Of a stretch of 64,000 nucleotides of DNA, positions 42,539 through 51,099 are shown one piece after another. A program made the position numbers and the translations under genes. Source of the DNA: Parvibaculaceae bacterium (lineage in GTDB: Bacteria > Pseudomonadota > Alphaproteobacteria > JAPOUT01); the NCBI GenBank assembly GCA_963457525.1, contig OY734805.1:2138900-2202899 (forward strand). The letters are read 5' to 3'. The notes under the pieces were generated by a model that was not told the DNA's origin, made no database searches, and saw only the letters and a program-made list of their open reading frames with translations. The number at the start of each line of letters is the position of its first letter. Positions within the stretch are counted from its first letter, which is position 1.

Positions 42539-43615
42539 CTAGAATCCGGCTTTGATTTTCTCGAACTCGGCGATCATGCGCTCGCGCAATCCGCTTGAGA
42601 CCGGAGACTGCCAGAAGGTTTTGTCCTTGAAACTGTCGAGGTTGGTGTATCCCATGCTCGCAAGAACTTCCTGGTCCAGCTTGTCGAGGGCCGCCTGGTT
42701 GGAGTGCCCGTATCCCCAGTCGTAGACGAGGTGCTCGGCCGTGTCGTCGGAGAGGAAAGCGTTCATGAAGTCATAGGCTTTTGCCTCGGAGCCCTCGCCT
42801 CCTTTGAGCAGGACGTATCCGCACACCCAGGTGCTGATCCCCTCGTCGGTGTCGCGAGCCATAATGACAGGATGACCTTCGTCGGAGAGCCGTGTGGCGG
42901 TTTCGTTCCACGCCCATGCAACGTTGACCTCGCCCGATGCCATCAGTTGTGCAAGCGCAGCGGGATCCGACCAGTAGGCGCGGACATTCTCGTGGGCCTT
43001 TCGAAGCCATTCGGATGCGGTTTCGAACTGCGCGTCCGTAGCGTTGGTCCAATCCAGGACTCCGGTTGCCAAGAAAGCGAGGGCGTAGGCGTCATCAACA
43101 TTGTCGCCAATGGAGGTTTGCCCCTGGAATTTGGGGTTGATGAAAGCTTGCAGCGAACGCACGTCGGCGGCGTTAACCTTGTCGGTTCGATAGGTCAGCG
43201 CAGTGTTTCCCCAATCGAGCGGTATCATGTATTGGCCGTCCGCACCGGAGAGCCCGGGGATGTTCTCCATTCCGGCAACAAGGGTTGCAAAAGCGGGAAT
43301 GCGGGAGGTGTCCCAGGGTTGAAGGAGGTCCGCGTCGCGCCACTTGGGAATTGACTGCGCGCAAGGGTGTGCTACGTCCGCCTTAAATCCGGCGCGAAGT
43401 TTTTGAAAAGCCTCTTCTTCGTCGCCAAAGAAGGAGAAAGTCGGAGAGTCTCCGTGCTTCGTGACATAGTCTTGATGAAAGTTTGGCTCTTCGTATCCCG
43501 CCCAATCGAAGACGACGAGCTCATCGTCTGCCGCGATTGCGTTGTTGAGTGCAAGGTTGGACAGCAGACAGACAGAGGCAAAGCCAACAGCAAAAGTTTG
43601 AAGTGTTTTATTCAT
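42539..43615 (-). CDS. PotD/PotF-family periplasmic substrate-binding protein
   Basis: Signal peptide MNKTLQTFAVGFASVCLLSNLA...A, then an SBP type-2 fold of polyamine-binding size (358 aa). Confidence 0.75.
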   Translation of the reverse strand: MNKTLQTFAVGFASVCLLSNLALNNAIAADDELVVFDWAGYEEPNFHQDYVTKHGDSPTFSFFGDEEEAFQKLRAGFKADVAHPCAQSIPKWRDADLLQPWDTSRIPAFATLVAGMENIPGLSGADGQYMIPLDWGNTALTYRTDKVNAADVRSLQAFINPKFQGQTSIGDNVDDAYALAFLATGVLDWTNATDAQFETASEWLRKAHENVRAYWSDPAALAQLMASGEVNVAWAWNETATRLSDEGHPVIMARDTDEGISTWVCGYVLLKGGEGSEAKAYDFMNAFLSDDTAEHLVYDWGYGHSNQAALDKLDQEVLASMGYTNLDSFKDKTFWQSPVSSGLRERMIAEFEKIKAGF

Positions 43616-43801
43616 GGGGTTGCTCCTTGTGCATAAGTGTTACAAAGCGGATATTCTAGCACGCGGGCGCTTTTTTGGAAATTGGCCGTTTGTGCATTCG
43701 AACGGCTTCCGGGCGCCGATTCCCGTGATTGTTGATAAGTCACGAATTTGTGATATATTGAAATAGTCAATGAATCGAATCAGCAACAAGGAGTAAAAAT
43801 C

Positions 43802-44020
43802 ATGAAAATAACACTGACAACGACTTTCGCAATTGCCTTGATGGTGTTTGCGTTCAACACAAATCCTGTTATGGCGTTCGGCGGCGATGGCATCTGGGCC
43901 TCCAAGCCGCAGGTGGACGAGGTGCAAGATCCGGATGAAACCGGGAATGAACGAGGCGTTGCCGATTCCGGCAATGAAGCTTCCACGTCGGCAGCATCAG
44001 AAGGAGGCACTAACGAATAA
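43802..44020 (+). CDS. Small secreted acidic hypothetical peptide
   Basis: 72 aa. Signal peptide MKITLTTTFAIALMVFAFNTNPVMA; AAGGAG sits 8 nt before the ATG. It marks the start of a low-GC patch. Confidence 0.5.
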   Translation: MKITLTTTFAIALMVFAFNTNPVMAFGGDGIWASKPQVDEVQDPDETGNERGVADSGNEASTSAASEGGTNE

Positions 44021-44250
44021 GAGTTAGTGATGACACTAGCGACAAAATAGGAAAGGATGATACCGGCAGCACGGGCACAATAACCAGCGGCCAATAACGA
44101 ACCTACACAGCCCCTGCTCCCAAGCCGGTAGCGGGGGTTGCGTACTTCCTAAAAGTTTTTCTATCGCGGGGGAGGATTAGTTGGATGATGAAGGTGATTT
44201 TGCCGAGTTTTTAAGACGGCGGCAAAATTGAGAACCATTGCAGATGTTTA

Positions 44251-44478
44251 TTAGCTGACTATCAATCCGACTATCAAACTCATAACAGCAACGCCAAGAC
44301 CAACCACAACTGCTATCTCCAAGAGAAAAACTCTGGAGTTTTTCTCTGATATCGCGCGCAACTCTCCAAGGGCTTTTTCTACGTCCGTTCGAAGTCCTTC
44401 GACAGCGGCTTGATTCTTGGAAAGAGCAGATTCATTATCGGCATGGGCTGTTTTGTTGTTGGCTTCCACGGTTTTCAT
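44251..44478 (-). CDS. Tail-anchored coiled-coil mini-protein, paralog 1
   Basis: 75 aa. The N-terminal MKTVEANNKTAHADNESAL...EKALGELRAISEKNSR reads as charged and coiled-coil-like; the C-terminus VFLLEIAVVVGLGVAVMSLIVGLIVS is a single TM helix ending at the stop. Confidence 0.6.
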   Translation of the reverse strand: MKTVEANNKTAHADNESALSKNQAAVEGLRTDVEKALGELRAISEKNSRVFLLEIAVVVGLGVAVMSLIVGLIVS

Positions 44479-44543
44479 CCATCAAGCTATGAAAAGGAAA
44501 ATCCTCGCGCTTATTTGAAAATGAGAAATATTACAGATATTTA

Positions 44544-44771
44544 TTAGCTGACTATCAAGCCGGCTATCAAACTCATAACAACAACGCCAAGACCAACCAC
44601 AACTGCTATCTCCAAGAGAAGAATTCTGGAGTTTTTTTCTGTGGTCGTGCGGAGCTCCTCAAAAGCTTTCTCTATATCCGTTCGAAGTTTTTCAAAATCC
44701 ATACGAATCCGTTCAGCGGCAGATTCATTACCGGTATGGGCTACTTTGTTGTTAGATTCCATGGTTTTCAT
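44544..44771 (-). CDS. Tail-anchored coiled-coil mini-protein, paralog 2
   Basis: MKTMESNNKVAHTGNESAAERIRMDFEKLRTDIEKAFEELR...ILLLEIAVVVGLGVVVMSLIAGLIVS. GGAG sits 7 nt before the internal ATG at 44771, so the GTG-extended ORF was rejected. Its 3' 110 nt are about 90% identical to paralog 1 at the DNA level. Confidence 0.6.
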   Translation of the reverse strand: MKTMESNNKVAHTGNESAAERIRMDFEKLRTDIEKAFEELRTTTEKNSRILLLEIAVVVGLGVVVMSLIAGLIVS

Positions 44772-44875
44772 GTTCGGCTCCACATTAGTCCAACATTTCG
44801 ATTTGATATCGCGGTTGCTGACGATAGAACTCCTGAATCATTCAGCAAAAGACAATTGAATTCTGTCAGTGGCGT

Positions 44876-45085
44876 TTATAGAAATCTGAGTATCAAAGTT
44901 ATAACACCGACAGCAACGCCTATAAAAATCATCATCTTCGTAGTATGGGCATTGAAACTTTTCTCCATATCCGTACGAAGTTTCTCGTTATCGGCACGAT
45001 ATTCCTCGTTACTTGCACGAAGTCGCTCAATAGCGGCTTCGGTCTTGGAAAGAGCAGATTCATTATCAGCTTTCATAACTTTCAT
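44876..45085 (-). CDS. Tail-anchored coiled-coil mini-protein, paralog 3 (more diverged)
   Basis: MKVMKADNESALSKTEAAIERLRASNEEYRADNEKLRTDMEKSF...MMIFIGVAVGVITLILRFL. GGAGG sits 5 nt before the ATG at 45085; the longer ORF to 45232 lacks an RBS. Confidence 0.55.
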   Translation of the reverse strand: MKVMKADNESALSKTEAAIERLRASNEEYRADNEKLRTDMEKSFNAHTTKMMIFIGVAVGVITLILRFL

Positions 45086-45288
45086 ATTCGCCTCCACATT
45101 GTTCCTCAACAAGTCAATTTGATGTTGTTGTTCAGCCAGTTTCTTCTCCGTCTCGGTATCCGTGATACAGCAAAATCCTCCAGAAACGCTGCAAAAATCC
45201 GAATTACTTCCTAGAACGATTCTCCGCCCCATTTTACCGCCAAATCAACAGAACGTAAAACCCGGTAAATTCCCAATTTTTTTGGCAA

Positions 45289-46674
45289 TTATGCTGATTT
45301 TTCGGATAGCTCCGCGACAGTGCTTTCGAGGATATCCATCATATTGGAGAGTTCGTTGCGGGTGATAACCAGCGGCGGTGAAAACACGCACATATTGATC
45401 AGGGGGCGCACGATGAGCCCCTTTTCCTCGCAAGCCTGGTCGATTTGATATCCGATATCCCTATCCAGTTGGAGGCGCTCGGGCTCGGAGTCGTTTTGTG
45501 ATTGGATACGCCCCTCAATGCACCCGACGAGCCCGATGGCCCGGGCATCTCCGACAACGGGGTAGCGCTTGAGGGCTTCAAGACGCTCGAGGAAGTAAGG
45601 GGAGATTTCGCGCACATGCTCGAGGATGTTTTCGCGCTGCATGATTTCAATGTTTTTAAGTGCGGCGGCGCAAGGAATGGGGTGGCCGGAATAGGTATAA
45701 CCGTTGGAAAAGAGAACGTCTTCCTGCCCGGCGCCGCTGATGGCATTGATGATGCGATCGGAAATAATGCACGCTCCGAGGGGTTGATATCCCGAGGTAA
45801 GCCCTTTGGCGCAAGTGATGATATCGGGCGTGATGCCGAAAACCTCCTGCGACGAGAACCAATGCCCGAGTCTTCCGAACGCACAGACGACTTCATCGGA
45901 GATGTACAGCACGTCATATTTGCGGCAGATTTCGAGCGTTTTCCGGTGGTAGTCCGGCGGCGGGATGATAACTCCACCGGAAGCGAGCACCGGCTCAGCG
46001 ATAAATCCGCCCACGTTCTCCGCACCGGCTTCGAGAATGGTGTCCTCAAGATCTTTGACTTTTGCATCGCACCACTCCTCAAGGCTCGTGCCTTCGGGGC
46101 GCAAGTTCGGATTAACATTGGGGAGGATGCGCACGAGAGGGCTGTCGATGTCGAACCAGCTTTTGTCGCGCTCTTTTCCCGAAACGCTTGCCGCCAGGAA
46201 GGTTGAGCCGTGGTAGCCTTTCTCCCGCGCGATCATGATTTTTTTATTGGGCCGTCCGAGCCGGTTATTATAGAAATGCATAGCCCGAATGGCGGTGTCG
46301 ACGGCGGTTGAGCCCCCGGTTGTGAAGAAAACATTGTTGAGGTCTCCGGGCGCCATTTCCGCAAGTGTTTGCGCGAGAGTTGCGCCGGGAGCGGATGTCA
46401 TGAACCACGGCGAGCAATAGGAGAGCGTGTCTATCTGTTCGACGATTGCGTCCGCGATTTCCTTGCGTCCATGGCCGATTTGCACGCACCACATGCCTCC
46501 CGGGCCGTCAATGAGCTTGCGTCCATGCTGGTCGTAGATATAGATGCCCTCGGCCTTTGTGGCGATGAGCCGGTTGGCGTTGCCATAGGACTCCATCGCC
46601 TCCCACGGATGGAGATAGTGGCGATTGTCATACTCGGTGAGCGTTACTGCCGTGTTGGAGCGTGTTTTATTCAT
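45289..46674 (-). CDS. Class III (omega) aminotransferase, PLP-dependent
   Basis: 461 aa carrying motifs typical of this class: GGMWCVQIGHG, YHGST, DEVVCAFGRLG and the Schiff-base region TCAKGLTSGY. Confidence 0.85.
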   Translation of the reverse strand: MNKTRSNTAVTLTEYDNRHYLHPWEAMESYGNANRLIATKAEGIYIYDQHGRKLIDGPGGMWCVQIGHGRKEIADAIVEQIDTLSYCSPWFMTSAPGATLAQTLAEMAPGDLNNVFFTTGGSTAVDTAIRAMHFYNNRLGRPNKKIMIAREKGYHGSTFLAASVSGKERDKSWFDIDSPLVRILPNVNPNLRPEGTSLEEWCDAKVKDLEDTILEAGAENVGGFIAEPVLASGGVIIPPPDYHRKTLEICRKYDVLYISDEVVCAFGRLGHWFSSQEVFGITPDIITCAKGLTSGYQPLGACIISDRIINAISGAGQEDVLFSNGYTYSGHPIPCAAALKNIEIMQRENILEHVREISPYFLERLEALKRYPVVGDARAIGLVGCIEGRIQSQNDSEPERLQLDRDIGYQIDQACEEKGLIVRPLINMCVFSPPLVITRNELSNMMDILESTVAELSEKSA

Positions 46675-47153
46675 GGTTTCTGTTTAACATGTTTTGCGGG
46701 CTCCAACAATGTTTCGGCGTGTGCCTCGAAGCGTTGCCGGATTTGTTTGACAAGATCGTCTCGTACGCGCCGATAGGCTTCGAGCTTGTGCTCGCGGCTG
46801 CCGGTGGTGTCGGACGGGTCCGGGGTCGGCCAATACTCCACCGCAACCGAAATTGCGCGGGTGAATTCATTTGCGCACTCGAGCGACTCCGGCGTGAGTG
46901 CGACGATAAGGCTGAAGGACGTATCCGCCAGGTTGTCAAAACTTTTGGCTTTGTGCCTGGAGAGGTCGATGTTGATTTCATGCATGACGGCAAGAACGAA
47001 GGGATCGATTTCGCTTGTGACGAGTCCGCACGAGTCGACATAGATTTTATCGCCCAGGATATGCTTAAGGATGCCCTCCGCCATTGGCGAGCGGATGGCG
47101 TTTTGGTTGCAGGCAAACAATACGGCGTCGGGGAGTTGTTGTTTTTTGCCCAT
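46671..47153 (-). CDS. Low-molecular-weight protein-tyrosine phosphatase / ArsC-like (LMWPc)
   Basis: VLFACNQNAIRSPMAEG is the C-X5-R P-loop, with a DP motif further on. Starts at the ATG at 47153. Confidence 0.75.
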   Translation of the reverse strand: MGKKQQLPDAVLFACNQNAIRSPMAEGILKHILGDKIYVDSCGLVTSEIDPFVLAVMHEINIDLSRHKAKSFDNLADTSFSLIVALTPESLECANEFTRAISVAVEYWPTPDPSDTTGSREHKLEAYRRVRDDLVKQIRQRFEAHAETLLEPAKHVKQKP

Positions 47154-47161
47154 TTTGCCTC

Positions 47162-47650
47162 TCATTCGTTGATGTGCAACGCACAGATAAGGGTGAAGAG
47201 CCGCCTGGATGTCTCCCAATCGACGTCAATTTTGCCGGCGAGCCGTTCCTGCAGCAGCCTTGAGCCATCGTCATGCAGCCCCCGCCGCCCCATATCGATG
47301 GCCTCAATATGCGCGGACGATCCCGCCTGCATGGCTTTCCAATAGCTTTGGCAGATAAGAAAATAATCCTTCAGCAGTTTCTGAAACGGCGAGAGCGAGA
47401 GAAGAAGCCGCCCGTGCGGATCGTTGTCCTTTGTCGCGATGTCGAAAAGGAGCCGGTTATCCTCAACTCCGAGGCGCAACCGGTACGGCCCCCCCTTGCT
47501 TTGAACCGGGGCAAAATAGTTGCTCTCGAGCAAATCGTAGATGGCGACCTTGCATTCATGCTCTACGGTTTCGGAGCGCTGAAAAGCGGTTGTATCGTCC
47601 AGATCAACGCTAACGAGGAAAAAGTCTCCCTTGCGTTTATCGGGATTCAT
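47162..47650 (-). CDS. UPF0262-family protein
   Basis: 162 aa. Placement between hisD and the LMW-PTP matches the UPF0262 context as I recall it from other Alphaproteobacteria. Confidence 0.55.
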   Translation of the reverse strand: MNPDKRKGDFFLVSVDLDDTTAFQRSETVEHECKVAIYDLLESNYFAPVQSKGGPYRLRLGVEDNRLLFDIATKDNDPHGRLLLSLSPFQKLLKDYFLICQSYWKAMQAGSSAHIEAIDMGRRGLHDDGSRLLQERLAGKIDVDWETSRRLFTLICALHINE

Positions 47651-49167
47651 GGTTTTTTCATGCGCAGTTTCACGGCCCGTGCGTGGGCGTCCAGTCCTTC
47701 GGCTTGTGCGAGGGTGACGGCCGCGGGGGCGAGTTTCGCAAGCGCTTCGGGAGGACATTGCAGCAGCGAAGTCCGCTTGAGAAAATCGAGAGTCGATAGG
47801 CCGGAAGCAAAACGCGCGGTCGCGTTGGTGGGCAGCACGTGATTTGAACCGCCGAGATAATCGCCGATGGTTTCCGGCGTGTGGGCGCCGAGGAAGATGG
47901 CACCGGCGTTGTGGATGGTTTCGGCGATTTGCCCGGCATTTTCCGAGAAGATTTCCAGATGCTCGGGGGCGAGCCGGTCAACGATTTCGGCCCCCTCCCC
48001 CATGGACTTGACCAGGATGATCGCGCCGAAGTTTTTCCAGCTTTCCCCCGCGATGTCTTTGCGCGGAAGGCTTGCGAGTTGCGCCTCGACGGCCTTGGCG
48101 ACCTCGTCGCCAAGCGCGGCGTTATCTGTGATAAGGATGGCGCGTGCCGATGTATCGTGTTCGGCCTGCGAGAGGAGATCCGCGGCAATCCACTCGGCCC
48201 ACCCGGCTTGTTCGGCCGGTTTGACCTGCTTGACCTGTCCGGCCTGTTTGACCTGCTTGACCTGTCTGGCCTGCTCGGTCTGTTCGGCCCACCCGGCCTG
48301 TTCGGCCGATTTGGCCTGTTCGGTTTGTTCGGCCTGTTTGACCTGCCCGGCCTGCCCGGCCGGTTCGGCTTGCGAGGGGAGACTCACGGTAGCCCTCCCG
48401 CCCGGTTCGGTTCTCCCGGCGTTGTTGTCCCCCTCGGCAAGCACGACGATTTCGGACGGCCCCGCAATGGCATCAATGCCGCATATGCCGAAGACTTGCC
48501 GTTTGGCTTCGGCAACGAATGCGTTGCCCGGTCCTATGATTTTATCGACCCGCTCGATGCCGTCGCAGCCGAAGGCTAGCGCAGCGATGGCGTGGGCTCC
48601 GCCGAGGCGGTAAATCTCCGTGATGCCGGCGATATGCGCGGCGGCGAGCACGAGCGGCTGGATAGCGCCCTGCGGCGTCGGCGTTGCGATGGCAATGCGC
48701 GGGACGCCGGCGATGCGGGCGGGAATCGCGTTCATGAGGACGGAACTCGGATAGCTCGCGGTCCCGCCGGGGACGTAGAGTCCGACGGATTGCAGGGGTT
48801 TCCAGCGATACCCGAGCCCGACGCCTATGTCATCGGTAAAGAAGAGGTCTTCGGGCAGTTGCCGGCGGTGGAAGGCCTCAATGCGCTCGGCGGCGAGGCG
48901 CAGGGCATCAATGGTCTCGGGCTCGCACATCTCAAAGGCGGTGATGATCGCCTCTTCGGGAATGGCGAAGGCTTCATTGTGGGGCAGTTCGAAATGGTCG
49001 AATTTTTTGGTGTATTCGCGCAGGGCGGCATCGCCCTCGAGTCGCACGCGCTCGAGTATGCCGGCCACCTGGCGCGAAACATCCCCTTCGGCTTCGCGCC
49101 GGCGTCCCAGGAATTCGAGAAACCGGGAATCAAAATCTTTTTGCGCTGTATCGAAGCGGTGACTCAC
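47647..49167 (-). CDS. hisD: Histidinol dehydrogenase carrying an in-frame low-complexity insertion of about 70 aa
   Basis: N-terminal and C-terminal HisD segments are intact (GGAHAIAALAFG, AGPSEIVVLA, ADLLSQAEHD, metal-binding region). Between AGPSE..LA and WIAADLLSQAEHD sits QAGQVKQAEQTEQAKSAEQAGWAEQTEQARQVKQVKQAGQVKQVK.... Total length is 506 aa against the usual ~430. Confidence 0.8.
   Translation of the reverse strand: MSHRFDTAQKDFDSRFLEFLGRRREAEGDVSRQVAGILERVRLEGDAALREYTKKFDHFELPHNEAFAIPEEAIITAFEMCEPETIDALRLAAERIEAFHRRQLPEDLFFTDDIGVGLGYRWKPLQSVGLYVPGGTASYPSSVLMNAIPARIAGVPRIAIATPTPQGAIQPLVLAAAHIAGITEIYRLGGAHAIAALAFGCDGIERVDKIIGPGNAFVAEAKRQVFGICGIDAIAGPSEIVVLAEGDNNAGRTEPGGRATVSLPSQAEPAGQAGQVKQAEQTEQAKSAEQAGWAEQTEQARQVKQVKQAGQVKQVKPAEQAGWAEWIAADLLSQAEHDTSARAILITDNAALGDEVAKAVEAQLASLPRKDIAGESWKNFGAIILVKSMGEGAEIVDRLAPEHLEIFSENAGQIAETIHNAGAIFLGAHTPETIGDYLGGSNHVLPTNATARFASGLSTLDFLKRTSLLQCPPEALAKLAPAAVTLAQAEGLDAHARAVKLRMKKP
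48190..48390. repeat. Imperfect tandem repeat tract inside the hisD reading frame
   Basis: Units ggcccacccggc[ct]tgttcggcc and ctgtttgacctgcttgacctgtc[ct]ggcc each recur twice, alongside several shorter ctgttcgg / cctgcccggc units. The tract is in frame and encodes Q/A/E/K-rich repeats. Confidence 0.8.
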
Positions 49168-49625
49168 GATCGTAAAGCCTCCATGTTAAGCAAGGCATCG
49201 CCGGGTTTGACAATGGAAGACCACGGCTTGCCGATATCAAGGAGATAGACGTCGAGAGCCTCGACGTCCAGGCAGATTTCGCCTTCGTTTGCAAACAACA
49301 TGCGCACCATTCCGCCGGGCGGTTCGCCCTCGTGGAAATACAGGGTGATGAGACAGAGCGAGTCGTCGCGCTCGAGTTTGTCGAGGCTGCGCCTGTGCGC
49401 CCCGAGAACGCAGTGGAAATACAGCAGGCAGCCGACGCTCTCGGCGGCGTCCCCGCCCGCTTCGGTTTGCCGTTCCCGGGCAAAGCGATTGAGAAGGCAG
49501 TAGAAACTCCGGCGTCTTGGCTGATAAACCATGTTGCCGAGTTGTCCGGTGGATTCCTGCAAGCAGGATGCGATGATGGCAACGTCCTCGCTGTCTTGTC
49601 CTCGAAGTTTGAGCGGCTTGTTCAT
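49164..49625 (-). CDS. DUF2948-family protein
   Basis: Starts MNKPLKLRGQDSEDVAIIASCLQ; about 150 aa between murA and hisD. Confidence 0.55.
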   Translation of the reverse strand: MNKPLKLRGQDSEDVAIIASCLQESTGQLGNMVYQPRRRSFYCLLNRFARERQTEAGGDAAESVGCLLYFHCVLGAHRRSLDKLERDDSLCLITLYFHEGEPPGGMVRMLFANEGEICLDVEALDVYLLDIGKPWSSIVKPGDALLNMEALRS

Positions 49626-51019
49626 GCGGGCGTCTCCTTCAGGCGCCGAATGTCCGCGCCGCATGCCGAGAGTTTGTCTTCGAGGCCTTCGAAGCCCCTG
49701 TCGAGGTGGTGAATGTGCCGCACGCGGGTTTCGCCCTGCGCGGCGAGCCCTGCGAGCACGAGGCAGACGGAAGCGCGCAGGTCGGTTGCCTCGACGCTTG
49801 CACCGGTGAGTTTGGTCACGCCGCGCACAACGGCCTTGTCGCGCCGGAGATTGATTTTTGCGCCCATGCGGATGAGTTCGGGAACATGCATGAAGCGGTT
49901 TTCAAAGATGGTTTCGGTAATCGTGCTGGTTCCGTCCGCAAGGCACATCATTGCCATGAATTGCGCCTGCAGGTCCGTCGGAAATCCGGGATAAGGCGCG
50001 GTTTCGATGGATACGGCACTGCATCGGGGCGTGCGTCGCGCAACGAGCAGCCCCTCGGCGCTTTCGGTGATATCCACGCCCGCGGCAACGAGGACGTCCC
50101 GCAGGCTTTCAAGCATGTCGACGCCCACGCCTTTCAAAACCGCCTCCCCCCCGGTAATCGCAACGGCGATAGCGTAGGTGCCGGCCTCGATCCGGTCGGG
50201 CGGAGCGGCGTGGCGCGTGCCGCGCAGAAGTCCGCCAACGCCTTCAATGGTTATGCGTGACGTTCCGATGCCTTTGATGTTCGCCCCCATTTTTTTGAGA
50301 CACTCAAGGAGGGTGACAACTTCGGGCTCGCGGGCGGCATTCTCAAGAACGGTCTCGCCTTTTGCCAGCGAGGCCGCCATTGCAACGACGTGCGTTACAC
50401 CGACGGACACGAACGGCAGATGGATGTGCGCGCCGGAAAGCCCGTCTTGGGCGTTGGCGCGGATGCATCCTTCCTCCAGTGAAATGGTCGCGCCCATGGC
50501 TTCCAGGGCTTTGATATAAAGATCAACGGGACGCGCACCGATGGCGCAGCCGCCGGGAAGCGAGACGAACGCCTGGCCGCATCGAGCAAGCAGCGGCGCG
50601 ACAACCCAGAAACCGGCGCGCATTTTGGATACGATTTCATAAGGCGCGGTGGTTTGCGCGATGTTTTCGGCTTGGAGTTTCCAGGTGCCGTTTAGGTTTT
50701 CGCTACGACAGCCGAGCATATTGAGAAGTTCAAGCAATACGCGGACATCGCTGACTTCCGGGATGTTATCGAAGTGCATTTCCTCGTCGGTCAACAGACT
50801 CGCCACGAGCAGCGGGAGTGCCGCGTTTTTTGCCCCGCTGACGGGGATCTCTCCGACCAATCGGGCGCCTCCCTTGATGGAAAGGATGTCGCCCCCCTCG
50901 CCCGCTTCCTCGATTCTCTTGTCCGGGGATACGCCCTGCTTTCGCCTGCGCAAATTGCTCCGTAGCGCCTTTGCGAGGCGCTGCTCTCGATTGGGGAGGG
51001 TTGCCGTGGAGTGTTTCAT
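49622..51019 (-). CDS. murA: UDP-N-acetylglucosamine 1-carboxyvinyltransferase
   Basis: EPSP-synthase-fold MurA with LVGEIPVSGAKNAALP and the active-site Cys region. The ORF gives about 35 extra N-terminal residues against the typical 430 aa, so the true start may be an internal non-ATG codon. Confidence 0.85.
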   Translation of the reverse strand: MKHSTATLPNREQRLAKALRSNLRRRKQGVSPDKRIEEAGEGGDILSIKGGARLVGEIPVSGAKNAALPLLVASLLTDEEMHFDNIPEVSDVRVLLELLNMLGCRSENLNGTWKLQAENIAQTTAPYEIVSKMRAGFWVVAPLLARCGQAFVSLPGGCAIGARPVDLYIKALEAMGATISLEEGCIRANAQDGLSGAHIHLPFVSVGVTHVVAMAASLAKGETVLENAAREPEVVTLLECLKKMGANIKGIGTSRITIEGVGGLLRGTRHAAPPDRIEAGTYAIAVAITGGEAVLKGVGVDMLESLRDVLVAAGVDITESAEGLLVARRTPRCSAVSIETAPYPGFPTDLQAQFMAMMCLADGTSTITETIFENRFMHVPELIRMGAKINLRRDKAVVRGVTKLTGASVEATDLRASVCLVLAGLAAQGETRVRHIHHLDRGFEGLEDKLSACGADIRRLKETPA

Positions 51020-51099
51020 AAGAAGAAAATACTATTTTTTGAGGCTTTTGTCGTTGAAAACTATGGGGGCATCCCGTAATATGCGCTGATGATGGTTCT

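Larger units (their letters stand above)
44238..44771. repeat. Tandem direct duplication of about 293 bp covering paralogs 1 and 2
   Basis: 44238-44350 (cagatgtttattagctgactatcaatccgactatcaaactcataac...ctggagttttt) is nearly identical to 44531-44643; the rest of each unit is diverged but alignable. Confidence 0.8.
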
